Numbered from the stretch's first letter, positions 1 to 9,396 are shown. The stretch: DNA of 64,000 nucleotides from an uncultured Patescibacteria group bacterium (GCA_938030745.1 CALHIP010000008.1:2297-66296), one strand, 5' to 3'. Made by a program: numbers and translations. Notes: generated by a model from the sequence alone, not told the origin.

Positions 1-67
1 TCAAAAAGAACTTCCTTTATACGAAAAATTTCATCATTTAGAAATTAATTTTCCTTCTCAAGAATGA
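1..67 (+). CDS. 3' end of an unidentified CDS cut by the window edge
   Basis: Frame from position 2 reads QKELPLYEKFHHLEINFPSQE* and its TGA overlaps the next ATG (ATGA, 64-67). Confidence 0.4.
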   Translation, partial: QKELPLYEKFHHLEINFPSQE

Positions 68-531
68 TTCCAGAGATTCAAACTATTATTTTAGCAATGG
101 TTCCAATTAATGAATTAAGAGGAACCATTCCATTGGCTATCTCAGTTTTTCACTTAGAACCTTCAAAAGCATTCTTTTTTTCGGTAATAGGAAATATTTT
201 ACCAATTTTTTTTCTTCTCTGGTTTTTGCCAAAATTTTCCGGTTTTCTTATTCAAAAATATAAATTCTTTAATATTTTTTTCTCTTGGCTTTTTTCAAGA
301 ACAAGAGATAGATTTTATAAAAAATATCAAAAATTTGGTGATTTTGCTTTAATCCTTTTTGTTGCTCTTCCTTTACCATTTACTGGTGCCTGGACAGGAG
401 CAGTAGCCAGTTTCCTTTTTGGTATTCCTTATTGGAAAGGATTGATCTTAATTTCTTTTGGAGTTATTATTGCTGGAATTATTGTTACTTTATTAAGTAC
501 TGGATTTTTTTCATTAATTGGTTTATTATAA
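64..531 (+). CDS. Small multi-drug export family (COG2426-like) membrane protein
   Basis: Hydrophobic protein with MVPINELRGTIP and FVALPLPFTGAWTG motifs. Confidence 0.8.
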   Translation: MIPEIQTIILAMVPINELRGTIPLAISVFHLEPSKAFFFSVIGNILPIFFLLWFLPKFSGFLIQKYKFFNIFFSWLFSRTRDRFYKKYQKFGDFALILFVALPLPFTGAWTGAVASFLFGIPYWKGLILISFGVIIAGIIVTLLSTGFFSLIGLL

Positions 532-536
532 ATTAT

Positions 537-1316
537 ATGAAGAAAAAAATTGTTATTGCCAATTGGAAAATGAATTTAAACTTGAAAGAAACAAAGGATT
601 TAACTAAAAAAATCATTCAGGATTTAAAGAAAATAAAAAAGCTTAAGAACCTTGAAATAGTTCTTTGTCCATCTTTCCCAGCTATTTTTGCTGTAAAAAA
701 TTTGATTTCTCAAGCGAGAAAGTTACCAGTTTATCTTGGCGCACAAAATGTTTTTTGGGAAGAAAAAGGTGCTTATACTGGTGAGGTCTCAGTTCCTATT
801 TTAAAAGAACTAGGAGTTAAATTTATTATTTTAGGTCATTCAGAAAGAAGGGAATATCTTAAAGAAGATAATGAGATGATTCATAAAAAGACAAGAATTG
901 TTTTAGCTCATCATCTTATTCCTATCCTTTGTGTTGGCGAAACATTTGAAGAAAGATTAGCTGGCCAAAAAGATGTTATAATTATAAAACAAGTTTCTCG
1001 AGCTTTGGAAGGAATCGCTTTAGACAAGAAAGACAAATTAATTATTGCCTATGAACCTGTTTGGGTTATTGGTTCTGGTCAGGCAGTTAAACCAGATGAT
1101 GCTAAAGAAGCTAATTTAATAATAAAACAAAGATTATTCGATCTTTTTCCTGTCGATTTTGTTGAAAACAATATTAGACTAATTTACGGTGGAAGTGTTG
1201 ATAAAACTATTATTAAAGATTTTATTGAAAAAGATATTGATGGATTTCTAATTGGCGGATCAAGTTTAGAACCTGAAGAGTTTATTGAAATAATAAAAAT
1301 CCTTTCAGTTTCTTAA
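537..1316 (+). CDS. tpiA: Triosephosphate isomerase
   Basis: ANWKMN, GAYTGEVS, ILGHSERR, AYEPVW, YGGSV. Start moved from 432 to ATG 537 (MKKKIVIANWK). Confidence 0.97.
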   Translation: MKKKIVIANWKMNLNLKETKDLTKKIIQDLKKIKKLKNLEIVLCPSFPAIFAVKNLISQARKLPVYLGAQNVFWEEKGAYTGEVSVPILKELGVKFIILGHSERREYLKEDNEMIHKKTRIVLAHHLIPILCVGETFEERLAGQKDVIIIKQVSRALEGIALDKKDKLIIAYEPVWVIGSGQAVKPDDAKEANLIIKQRLFDLFPVDFVENNIRLIYGGSVDKTIIKDFIEKDIDGFLIGGSSLEPEEFIEIIKILSVS

Positions 1317-1322
1317 ATCTAT

Positions 1323-2192
1323 ATGTTAGTTCATTTAAAAGGAATTTTAGAGAAAGCAATTAAAGAGAATTATGCTCTTGGTTGTTTTGCTACCCATAAT
1401 TTAGAGACCACTCTTGGTATTCTTTTAGCTGCTCAAGCAAAGTCATCCCCAGTTATTATTGGTGTTAGCGCTAGATCTATTCGTTATGCTGGTTTAAAAC
1501 CAATCACTCATATTGTTAAAACAGCAGCTAAAAACATAACTCCTTTAATACCAGTTGTTTTACACCTTGATCACGGTGATACTTTTCATTCAGCAGTTGA
1601 ATGTATTCAGAGTGGTTTTTCTTCAATTATGATTGACGCTTCAGAATTACCTTTTGACGAAAATGTTAGTTTAACAAAGAGTGTTGTTGAATATGCCCAC
1701 CGCTTTAATGTTATGGTTGAAGGAGAAATAGGTAGGGTTCCTAAGACAAAAGAAGATATTAAAAGATTTAAATTAAAACCAGAAGAATTCCTAACTGATC
1801 CAGATATGGCGATTGAATTTGTTAAAAAAACAGGTGTTGACCGATTAGCAGTTAGTATAGGTAATATTCATGGGATATATAAAATAAAAAATCCGGTAAA
1901 ACTTGACTTTTTAAGATTAGAAAAAATTGCTCGAGCAGTAAAAATTCCATTGGTTCTTCATGGTGCTTCTGGACTGGAAAAAAAAGAAATAAAAAAAGCA
2001 ATTTCTTCAGGAGTAAGAATTATTAATATCCATACTGAAATTAATCTTGCCTTTTCACAATCTCTAAAGAAAACGTTGGCCAAAAATAAAGAAGAAATTG
2101 ATCCAAGAAAAATTCTTTCTCCTTCAATTGAAGCAGTAAAGAGAGTTGTTGAGAAAAAAATAGAAATTTTTGGTAGTATTGGTAAGGCTTAA
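1323..2192 (+). CDS. fba: Class II fructose-bisphosphate aldolase
   Basis: LHLDHG, SIMIDAS, VEGEIG, SIGNIHG, LVLHGASG. Confidence 0.95.
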   Translation: MLVHLKGILEKAIKENYALGCFATHNLETTLGILLAAQAKSSPVIIGVSARSIRYAGLKPITHIVKTAAKNITPLIPVVLHLDHGDTFHSAVECIQSGFSSIMIDASELPFDENVSLTKSVVEYAHRFNVMVEGEIGRVPKTKEDIKRFKLKPEEFLTDPDMAIEFVKKTGVDRLAVSIGNIHGIYKIKNPVKLDFLRLEKIARAVKIPLVLHGASGLEKKEIKKAISSGVRIINIHTEINLAFSQSLKKTLAKNKEEIDPRKILSPSIEAVKRVVEKKIEIFGSIGKA

Positions 2193-2220
2193 TCGTTGAT
2201 TGAATTTATCTAAATTATTT

Positions 2221-3054
2221 ATGTTTGATATTTTTTTAATTTTAATTATTTTTGTCTCTATTTTTTTAATTATAAAAATTTTAGTGAATAAATTCCCATT
2301 TCTTGTTAAAATAAATATTGATGAAATAGCTAAAGAAAAAGAAAAAAAACTCAAATTTAAAATTTTAGAAAAAAAGTTTAGAGAAAAATTAAAAAAACTT
2401 AATCTTGAAAATTTAGCCTATAAGATTTTTGGAGAAAAATTTAAAAAGATAAAAGAAAGAATTTCTCTTTTAGAGGAAAAATATTTTAAAAAATATATTG
2501 AAATTATTAAAAAGAAACCTTTAGAAGCAGATAAAAAAATAAAAATTTCTCTCAAACAAGGGGAAAAATTTTTAGAAAAAAAAGATTTTGATCAGGCAGA
2601 AAAAAAATTTAAAGAAGTTATCTATCTTGACCCAAGAAATTTGTTTGCCTTAAAAAATTTACTAGAGATTTATCTTTATCGAAAAGATTTTCTTCGAGCA
2701 AAGGAAATTTCTAAATATATTTTAGAACTTAATAAACAGGCAATAAAATGGTGGCAAAAATTTAGAAAAGATGAGAAAATACCTTCAGAACTGATTAATG
2801 AGATCACTCTTAGTTTGATAAATTTAGGGAATCTTTATCAAGAAATAAAAGAATTTAATAAAGCTTTCAATTGTTTCAAAAAGGCTTTTAAATTTATTCC
2901 GAATAACCCCTTAATTCTTGACTTCTTGATAGAAAATTCTATAATTTTAAAGAAAAAAGAAGAAGCTGAAAAATATTTAAAGAAAATAAAGGAAATTAAT
3001 CCGGAAAATCAAAAAATTAGTGAATGGGAAAAAAGAATTGCTTCTTTAAATTAA
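2221..3054 (+). CDS. Membrane-anchored TPR-repeat protein
   Basis: N-terminal TM helix; TPR-like repeats (AEKKFKEVIYLDPRN, AFNCFKKAFKFIPNN, KKIKEINPEN). ATG 2221 preferred over TTG 2200. Confidence 0.75.
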   Translation: MFDIFLILIIFVSIFLIIKILVNKFPFLVKINIDEIAKEKEKKLKFKILEKKFREKLKKLNLENLAYKIFGEKFKKIKERISLLEEKYFKKYIEIIKKKPLEADKKIKISLKQGEKFLEKKDFDQAEKKFKEVIYLDPRNLFALKNLLEIYLYRKDFLRAKEISKYILELNKQAIKWWQKFRKDEKIPSELINEITLSLINLGNLYQEIKEFNKAFNCFKKAFKFIPNNPLILDFLIENSIILKKKEEAEKYLKKIKEINPENQKISEWEKRIASLN

Positions 3055-3059
3055 AGTAG

Positions 3060-3132
3060 GCCGAGATAGCTCAGTAGGTAGAGCGCGAACGTGGTAAGTT
3101 CGAGGTCGCGAGTTCGATTCTCGCTCTCGGCT
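3060..3132 (+). tRNA. tRNA-Thr(GGT)
   Basis: GCCGAGA/TCTCGGC acceptor stem, CGAAC-GTGGTAA-GTTCG anticodon arm, TTCGATT T-loop. Confidence 0.95.
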
Positions 3133-3133
3133 T

Positions 3134-3218
3134 GGGCAGGTGGCAGAGCGGACAATTGCACGAGTCTGTAAAACTCGCGCCCTTTAGGGCTACGTAGGTT
3201 CGAATCCTACCCTGCCCA
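3134..3218 (+). tRNA. tRNA-Tyr(GTA)
   Basis: GGGCAGG/CCTGCCC acceptor, CGAGT-CTGTAAA-ACTCG, long variable arm, TTCGAAT T-loop. Confidence 0.96.
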
Positions 3219-3222
3219 ATAA

Positions 3223-3294
3223 GCCAGCGTAGCTCAATGGTAGAGCAGTTGCTTTGTAAGCATCAGGTTGTCGGTTCAAGTCCGACCGCTGGCT
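3223..3294 (+). tRNA. tRNA-Thr(TGT)
   Basis: GCCAGCG/CGCTGGC acceptor, loop TTTGTAA, GTCGG-TTCAAGT-CCGAC T arm. Confidence 0.94.
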
Positions 3295-3299
3295 TAAAT

Positions 3300-3458
3300 A
3301 TGAGAATAAAAGAAAACTTAGTCAAATTAGAATGCAGTCAATGTCATCGAATAAATTATTATACGAGAAAAAATAAAAAGAAAATTAAAATACTTTTAGA
3401 ATTAAAAAAATTTTGTAAACATTGCCGAAAACATACCTTGCATAAAGAGATAAAATAA
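3300..3458 (+). CDS. rpmG: 50S ribosomal protein L33 (zinc-ribbon form)
   Basis: LECSQC...NYYTRKNKK...LELKKFCKHCRKHTLHKE. Start moved to ATG 3300 because the listed start is inside tRNA-Thr. Confidence 0.95.
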   Translation: MRIKENLVKLECSQCHRINYYTRKNKKKIKILLELKKFCKHCRKHTLHKEIK

Positions 3459-3464
3459 TGAATT

Positions 3465-3535
3465 GGGGCTATAGTTCAATAGTAGAATAACGGTCTCCAA
3501 AACCGTTGATCTCCGTGCAAATCGGAGTAGCCCCG
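3465..3535 (+). tRNA. tRNA-Trp(CCA)
   Basis: GGGGCTA/TAGCCCC acceptor, ACGGT-CTCCAAA-ACCGT, T arm CTCCG-TGCAAAT-CGGAG; usual position after rpmG. Confidence 0.92.
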
Positions 3536-3554
3536 TTCAAACAAAATTTAATTT

Positions 3555-4064
3555 ATGGCTATTTTTCCTTTCAAAAAAGAGGAAAGAGAGGAAATTCCTG
3601 AAAAAATTGAGAAAAAAGAAATACCTGAAACAGTGGAGATAAAACGGGAAATTGAGAAAGAAAAAGAAGTAAAAATTGAAGAAATTGGTGAAACACCAAC
3701 TACCTTACCACCAATTAGTATTCCAACTCCTGTTGAAGAAAAAATTGCTCCACCAAAAATAGAAAAATCACCAACATTAATTGAAATTGAACAAATTCTT
3801 TCAGAGGATTTAGATGAAATTTATCAATCACTCACACCTGAACAAAAATTAATTTTTAGGAAAAAGGGTGAAGAAACTGCTTCTAAAATTGAAGTCCTTA
3901 TTCAGCAAATAAAAATAAATATTAAAAAAATTTTTATTTTAATTCGTGACTGGTTATTAATTCTAGTAAAAATGATTCCTGGAGTAAATAAATTATTTTT
4001 AATTAAAGAAGCGAAAATAAAAACTGATAAAGTTCTAAATTTAGCTAAAAAGATAAGAAAATAA
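3555..4064 (+). CDS. Hypothetical protein (Glu/Pro-rich N-terminus, helical C-terminal domain)
   Basis: 169-aa ORF with host-like codon usage, 7 nt upstream of the VirD4-like ATPase. Confidence 0.75.
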   Translation: MAIFPFKKEEREEIPEKIEKKEIPETVEIKREIEKEKEVKIEEIGETPTTLPPISIPTPVEEKIAPPKIEKSPTLIEIEQILSEDLDEIYQSLTPEQKLIFRKKGEETASKIEVLIQQIKINIKKIFILIRDWLLILVKMIPGVNKLFLIKEAKIKTDKVLNLAKKIRK

Positions 4065-4071
4065 TAATTGT

Positions 4072-6609
4072 ATGACATCAGAACTCTATCAAATTACAAG
4101 TAAACTTATTTTTGGCAAGACACTTCTTTATACTGGTCTTATTCTCCTTATTTTTATTATTTTATTTTCTATACTTAAAAAGATTTTGAAAAAAATTACA
4201 GATTTTAAACAAGCTTTTGAAAAAGTTATCTTTCTTGTCACTTTACCAAAAGAGGCTTTAGAAGAAGAGAAAGAAAAAAAAGAAATAAAAGACTTATTGG
4301 CACCGGCTGAAACTTTTCTAGATAACTTGGGAGGTCTAAAAGTTGAGAGGTCTTTAAAAACCTTTCTTTTTGGCAGAAAAGATCATTTCTCTTTTGAAAT
4401 AGTTAGGTCTCAAGACGGTCTAATTTCTTTTTATGTTGTTGTTCCTCAATACCTTGCTTCTTTTACTGAACAACAAATTCATGCTCAATTTCCTTCAGCT
4501 CAAGTTGAAATTGTTTCCGATTATAATATTTTCTCTCCAAAAAATGTTGTTTTATCTGCTTATGCTTCTTTAAAAAAGATTCATATTTTACCAATTAAAA
4601 CCTATCTTAATCTTAATGTTGATCCTTTAAATGCAATTACAAATCCTTTAACGAAAATTGCCGAAGATGATGGAGCGGTGATTCAAATTATTGCTCGTTC
4701 AGCAAAAAAAGAATGGCATCACTTTCCAGCTAAAGTTGCTTATCATATGCAGCAAGGAAAAAGTTTTTCTGAAGCAATTTCAGAGGCTAAATTTAATCTT
4801 CTAAGAGAAATATCAAAAATTTTTTCTGAAGCTTTCAAAAGTGAGAAGAAAAAGAAAGAAAGAGAAGAAGAGAAAAAACAAAGACAACTTTCGCCAATGG
4901 AGCAAGAGATGGTCAAAAGTATTGAAAGTAAAAATTCAAAAGCAGGACTTGATGTCAATATCAGAATTATCGTTTCAGCTAAAACAAAAGAAATGGCAAA
5001 AACATATTTAGAAAATATTACCAATTCTTTTGCTCAATATACTCTTTATCATTATGGCAATGGTTTTAATTTTAGTATTACTTCCTCAGAAAAAATAGTT
5101 AATGATTTCATTTATCGAAGTTTTGACGAAGAGACGAGTTTTATTTTAAATACTGAAGAATTAACCAGCATTTTCCATTTCCCTTTACCAATTACTGAAA
5201 CACCAAATATTAGATGGTTAATTGCTCGAAAAGCGCCAGCGCCAGTTGAAGTGCCAAAAGAAGGAATAATTTTAGGTAAAAACATTTATCGTGGAGAAGA
5301 AACTTTAATTAGAATAAAAAGAGATGATCGTCGAAGACACGTCTATATTATTGGTAAAACTGGTACTGGTAAGACAGTTCTGATTTCAAATATGGTTAAG
5401 CAAGATATTTTAAATGGCGAAGGTGTTGGTGTTATTGATCCACATGGTGATTTAATCGAAGATATTTTATCTTGTATTCCAAAAGAAAGAGTTGAAGATG
5501 TTATTTTATTTGATGCTTCAGATACAGAAAGGCCAATTGGTTTAAATATGCTTGAAGCAAAAACAGAAGCACAAAAAGATTTTGCTGTCCAGGAAATGAT
5601 TGCTATATTTTATAAACTTTTTCCACCAGAAATTATTGGCCCAATGTTTGAGCATAATATGAGAAACGTGATGTTAACTTTAATGGCTGATATAAAAAAT
5701 CCTGGTACAATTGCTGAGATTCCAAGAATGTTTTCTGATCCCGATTATGCCAAGGTTTGGGTAGAAAAATTAAAAGATCCGGTTGTAAGGGCTTTTTGGG
5801 AAAAAGAAATGGCGAGGACAACCGAATTTCATAAATCAGAGATGCTTGGTTATCTCATTTCTAAGGTTGGCCGGTTTGTTGAAAATGAACTGATGAGAAA
5901 TATTATTGGTCAAGCCCACTCAGGTATTGATTTCCGTGAAGTAATGGATAAGCAAAAAATTTTATTAGTTAACCTTTCTAAAGGAAAAATTGGTGAAGTC
6001 AATGCTAACCTATTAGGTTTGGTCATTGTTTCAAAATTACAGATGGCAGCAATGGCGAGAGCTGATTTGCCAGAAGCAGAGAGAAAAGATTTTTATCTTT
6101 ATATTGATGAATTTCAAAACTTTATTACTGATTCAATTGCTACTATTTTATCAGAAGCAAGAAAATATCGGTTATGTTTAACCCTTGCTCATCAATACTT
6201 AGGTCAATTACTAGTTTCCTCTTCAGTGATTGGTGGCGGAGGAGGTGAAGCAAGAATTAGAGATGCTGTTTTAGGAACAGTTGGTACTTTTATTACTTTT
6301 AAAATTGGTATTGAAGATGCCGAAATTTTAGCTAAAGAATATAAGCCAGTTTTCAATGAATATGATTTAGTTAATGTTGAAAAATTTAATGCTTACGTCA
6401 AACTTTTAGTTGATAATCAACCAATTCGGCCATTCAGTATGGTTACCCTTCCACCAAAACCAGGTGATCGAAAAATAGCTGAAATGGTTCGCCAACTTTC
6501 CCGCTTAAAATATGGTCGACCAAAAGCACTTGTTGAGAAAGAAATTTTAGAAAGATCACAATTAGGTATGCCAGCAAGACAGAATATTGGTTTAGAGAAA
6601 AATCTTTAA
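4072..6609 (+). CDS. VirD4/TraG/HerA-like (FtsK-HerA superfamily) ATPase with N-terminal TM helix
   Basis: RRRHVYIIGKTGTGKT Walker A, VIDPHGDL, LYIDEFQNF Walker B, LSEARKYRLCLTLAHQY. Confidence 0.88.
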   Translation: MTSELYQITSKLIFGKTLLYTGLILLIFIILFSILKKILKKITDFKQAFEKVIFLVTLPKEALEEEKEKKEIKDLLAPAETFLDNLGGLKVERSLKTFLFGRKDHFSFEIVRSQDGLISFYVVVPQYLASFTEQQIHAQFPSAQVEIVSDYNIFSPKNVVLSAYASLKKIHILPIKTYLNLNVDPLNAITNPLTKIAEDDGAVIQIIARSAKKEWHHFPAKVAYHMQQGKSFSEAISEAKFNLLREISKIFSEAFKSEKKKKEREEEKKQRQLSPMEQEMVKSIESKNSKAGLDVNIRIIVSAKTKEMAKTYLENITNSFAQYTLYHYGNGFNFSITSSEKIVNDFIYRSFDEETSFILNTEELTSIFHFPLPITETPNIRWLIARKAPAPVEVPKEGIILGKNIYRGEETLIRIKRDDRRRHVYIIGKTGTGKTVLISNMVKQDILNGEGVGVIDPHGDLIEDILSCIPKERVEDVILFDASDTERPIGLNMLEAKTEAQKDFAVQEMIAIFYKLFPPEIIGPMFEHNMRNVMLTLMADIKNPGTIAEIPRMFSDPDYAKVWVEKLKDPVVRAFWEKEMARTTEFHKSEMLGYLISKVGRFVENELMRNIIGQAHSGIDFREVMDKQKILLVNLSKGKIGEVNANLLGLVIVSKLQMAAMARADLPEAERKDFYLYIDEFQNFITDSIATILSEARKYRLCLTLAHQYLGQLLVSSSVIGGGGGEARIRDAVLGTVGTFITFKIGIEDAEILAKEYKPVFNEYDLVNVEKFNAYVKLLVDNQPIRPFSMVTLPPKPGDRKIAEMVRQLSRLKYGRPKALVEKEILERSQLGMPARQNIGLEKNL

Positions 6610-6630
6610 TCAAATAAAAAATTTTAATCT

Positions 6631-7707
6631 ATGTTAACTCTTTATCGTAAATATCGTCCTCAAACATTTGCTGAAGTTATTGGGCAACAACATATTAAAA
6701 AAACATTAGAAAATGAAATCAAAACAGGCAAAATATCCCATGCCTATTTATTTTCAGGACCTCGTGGTTTAGGTAAAACAACCTTAGCAAGAATTTTTGC
6801 TAAAGCTGTTAATTGTGAAAAAAGAAAAATTGGTCAATCCGAACCTTGTAATGAGTGTTTTTCTTGTCGGGAAATTATGGCTGGTAAATCATTAGATTTA
6901 ATTGAAATTGATGCTGCTTCTAATCGAGGTATTAATGAAATTAAAGAACTTCGTGAAAGTGTAAGATTCCCTCCTTCAAGAGGAAAATATAAAGTTTTTA
7001 TCATTGACGAATCTCATCAGATAACAAGTGATGCTTTTAATGCTCTTTTAAAAACTTTGGAAGAACCACCAGAGCATGCTATTTTTATTTTAGTCACAAC
7101 TGAACTCCATAAAGTTCCTTTTACTATTGCTTCACGTTGTCAAAAATTTAATTTTAGGAAGGTTCAATTTGAAGAAATTTTAAATAGATTAAAAAAGATT
7201 GTTGAACTTGAAGGGTTAAAAGTTGATGAAGAAGTTTTAAAAAATATCGCCCGTCAATCTCAAGGTTTTGTTCGTGATGCAGAAAGTTTACTTGCCCAAG
7301 TTCTTTCTCTTAATGATAAAGAAATTACTTTAGAAGAAGCGAAAATTATTTTACCTCTCTCAGATTCTGAAAAAATAAATGAGTTTTTAAAATATCTATT
7401 AGAAAAAAATTCTTCAAAAGCAATTAAATTAATCAATCAATGTCTTGAGGAAGGAATAGATTTAAAACAATTTAATTCAGATCTAATTGAGTTTTTAAGA
7501 AAATTAATTTTATTTAAAATTGGTTCGCCATTAGAAAATGATTCTTTTTCATCAGACAAAATAATTTTATCTTTAGTTAAAGAAATAAAAATTAACGATT
7601 TAATAAAAATTATTGAAGAGTTTATTAAAATCAAAACTTCTTTAGAATATTCAGAAATTCCGCAACTTCCCTTTGAATTAGCTATTATTAAAATATGTCA
7701 TTTATAA
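6631..7707 (+). CDS. dnaX: DNA polymerase III subunit gamma/tau (short form)
   Basis: LYRKYRPQTF, GPRGLGKTT, Zn cysteines, EIDAASNRG, NALLKTLEEPP, SRCQ. Confidence 0.97.
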   Translation: MLTLYRKYRPQTFAEVIGQQHIKKTLENEIKTGKISHAYLFSGPRGLGKTTLARIFAKAVNCEKRKIGQSEPCNECFSCREIMAGKSLDLIEIDAASNRGINEIKELRESVRFPPSRGKYKVFIIDESHQITSDAFNALLKTLEEPPEHAIFILVTTELHKVPFTIASRCQKFNFRKVQFEEILNRLKKIVELEGLKVDEEVLKNIARQSQGFVRDAESLLAQVLSLNDKEITLEEAKIILPLSDSEKINEFLKYLLEKNSSKAIKLINQCLEEGIDLKQFNSDLIEFLRKLILFKIGSPLENDSFSSDKIILSLVKEIKINDLIKIIEEFIKIKTSLEYSEIPQLPFELAIIKICHL

Positions 7708-8495
7708 ATTCGATCTTAATTTGGTTAACTAAATTTTTTGAAAAAATCCTTCCACCAACATATGGTATTTATGAAAAAGGTTCATTTCCTACCCATAGAA
7801 AACTTACTTTAAATCAAGCCAAAAGCCTAATTCTTTTAGGTGGTAAAAAAGAAAGATGGGAAAAAGAGACAGAATTTACTTACTCTTTTTTAAAAATTAA
7901 TTTTTTAGAGAAAAATAAAGAAAAAGAAATCTTTATTGCTGATTATGGTTGTGGTATTGGCCGTCTCATTTTGCCGATTCTAAAAGATTATCCTCAGACA
8001 AAAATTGTTGGTGTTGATGAATCAGAATCAATGATTGAATTAGCAAGAAAGTGGATACCAAAGATTTTTTTCGATGAAAAAAGAGTTGAACTTTTAAAAC
8101 CTAATCAATTTTTTGAGAAATACCAAAAAAAAGTTTTTGATTTAATTATGGCTATTTACGTTTTTCAACATATTTTTTTAAAAGAATTGCGGAAAATTTT
8201 ACCAGCTATTTATCAATTACTTAAAGATGATGGAAAATTGTTCATTGTTAATACTTTCCAAAATGATGATCCATTAAAAAGAGTAGTAACTATTAAAGAT
8301 CTTTTAAAACCATATTTTGAAAAAGAGATTGAGATTAGTCCATTTGAAAACAAAAAAGATTATATTTTCTGGATGGGTGTTATTGGTGCTGGTTACGGTG
8401 ATTGGCAAAAAATGGAAAAAGCTAAACTAAGATGTCAAAAATTTATGGGAATATACCGAAAAAAGATAAATAATGCGGGGTGGAGCAATTGGTAG
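7695..8495 (+). CDS. Class I SAM-dependent methyltransferase
   Basis: IADYGCGIGRL motif I, VGVDESESMIELAR, FDLIMAIYVFQHI, LLKDDGKLFI. Confidence 0.85.
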   Translation: MSFINSILIWLTKFFEKILPPTYGIYEKGSFPTHRKLTLNQAKSLILLGGKKERWEKETEFTYSFLKINFLEKNKEKEIFIADYGCGIGRLILPILKDYPQTKIVGVDESESMIELARKWIPKIFFDEKRVELLKPNQFFEKYQKKVFDLIMAIYVFQHIFLKELRKILPAIYQLLKDDGKLFIVNTFQNDDPLKRVVTIKDLLKPYFEKEIEISPFENKKDYIFWMGVIGAGYGDWQKMEKAKLRCQKFMGIYRKKINNAGWSNW

Positions 8496-8546
8496 TCTCG
8501 TCGGGCTCTGGACCCGAAGATGAAGGTTCGAGTCCTTCCCCCGCAG
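8474..8546 (+). tRNA. tRNA-Gln(CTG)
   Basis: TGCGGGG/CCCCGCA acceptor, TCGGG-CTCTGGA-CCCGA, GAAGG-TTCGAGT-CCTTC. Confidence 0.93.
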
Positions 8547-8566
8547 TAACTTTAGGGACAGTCTCT

Positions 8567-8594
8567 GCCTGTATAAGTATTTACTGATACAGGT
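8567..8594 (+). terminator. Hairpin after tRNA-Gln, possible intrinsic terminator
   Basis: GCCTGTAT...ATACAGGT inverted repeat followed by TATATTTTGATTT. Confidence 0.45.
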
Positions 8595-8629
8595 TATATT
8601 TTGATTTGAATCACGAGTTATGTATTTAT

Positions 8630-9385
8630 ATGATTAATATTATTCCTATTAAAACAAAAATCTTAAAAAGGGGAGATTTTGAAAATCTTCTTAAGATTAT
8701 AGGGAAAAAAATTAGAAATAAAGATATTTTAGTTATTACCTCAAAAATAATTTCTTTAGAATATAATGGACTAATTAATTTAAAAAAAATTGTTTTTGGC
8801 CAAAAAGCTTACAAATTAGCAAAAAAATATGGTCTTTTACCTCCTTTCGTCCAATTAGTGATGAAAGAATCAGATAAAATATTAGGGGGTGTAAAAGGGG
8901 CAATTTTAACCCTTAAAAAAGGTGTTTTAATGGCTAATGCCGGTCTGGATAGGTCAAATGTGCCTAAAAATTATGTAATTAGAATTCCTAAAAATTTAGA
9001 AGAAATTGCTGAGAATATCCGTTTAAACCTTTGTTCTAAGCTTGGACTTTTAAAACTAGGTGTTGTTATTAACGATTCAGTTTGTTTACCTTTGCGCCGC
9101 GGAACTCACCATTTTGCTCTTGCTATTTCTGGTTTTTTTGGTATTATTGATGAAAGGGGAAAAAAAGATCTTTTCAATAAAAAAATGATGATTACTACAA
9201 GAAATATTGCCGACGAAATCGCCTCATTAGCTGGTTTAATAATGGGTGAGAGAAAAGAAAAAATTCCAGCTGTTATTATTCGAGGTCTTCCTGTTAAATT
9301 TACAAATTTACCTGCTGGAAAATTAACTAGACAATTAATAATCTCTCGACAAGAGGATCTTTTTAAGAATATTTTAAAAATTTAA
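8630..9385 (+). CDS. CofE-family gamma-glutamyl ligase (F420-0:glutamate ligase / FolC2-like)
   Basis: DILVITSKIIS, MANAGLDRSN, GVVINDS, PLRRG, DERGKKDLF, IADEIASLAGLIMGE..PAVIIRG. Start set at ATG 8630. Confidence 0.85.
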   Translation: MINIIPIKTKILKRGDFENLLKIIGKKIRNKDILVITSKIISLEYNGLINLKKIVFGQKAYKLAKKYGLLPPFVQLVMKESDKILGGVKGAILTLKKGVLMANAGLDRSNVPKNYVIRIPKNLEEIAENIRLNLCSKLGLLKLGVVINDSVCLPLRRGTHHFALAISGFFGIIDERGKKDLFNKKMMITTRNIADEIASLAGLIMGERKEKIPAVIIRGLPVKFTNLPAGKLTRQLIISRQEDLFKNILKI

Positions 9386-9396
9386 TTTTAATATTT

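Noticed and set aside
3237-3299. N-terminal extension of L33 in the ORF track
   Set aside because: It is a translation of tRNA-Thr(TGT).
6631-7707. Programmed frameshift or truncation of dnaX
   Set aside because: The ORF covers domains I-III and ends cleanly. The next frame encodes an unrelated methyltransferase, not a tau extension.
8547-8629. THF or ZTP riboswitch upstream of the cofE-like gene; LexA box in the hairpin
   Set aside because: No conserved aptamer motifs were recognised, and the CTGT...ACAG spacing is 16 rather than 8.
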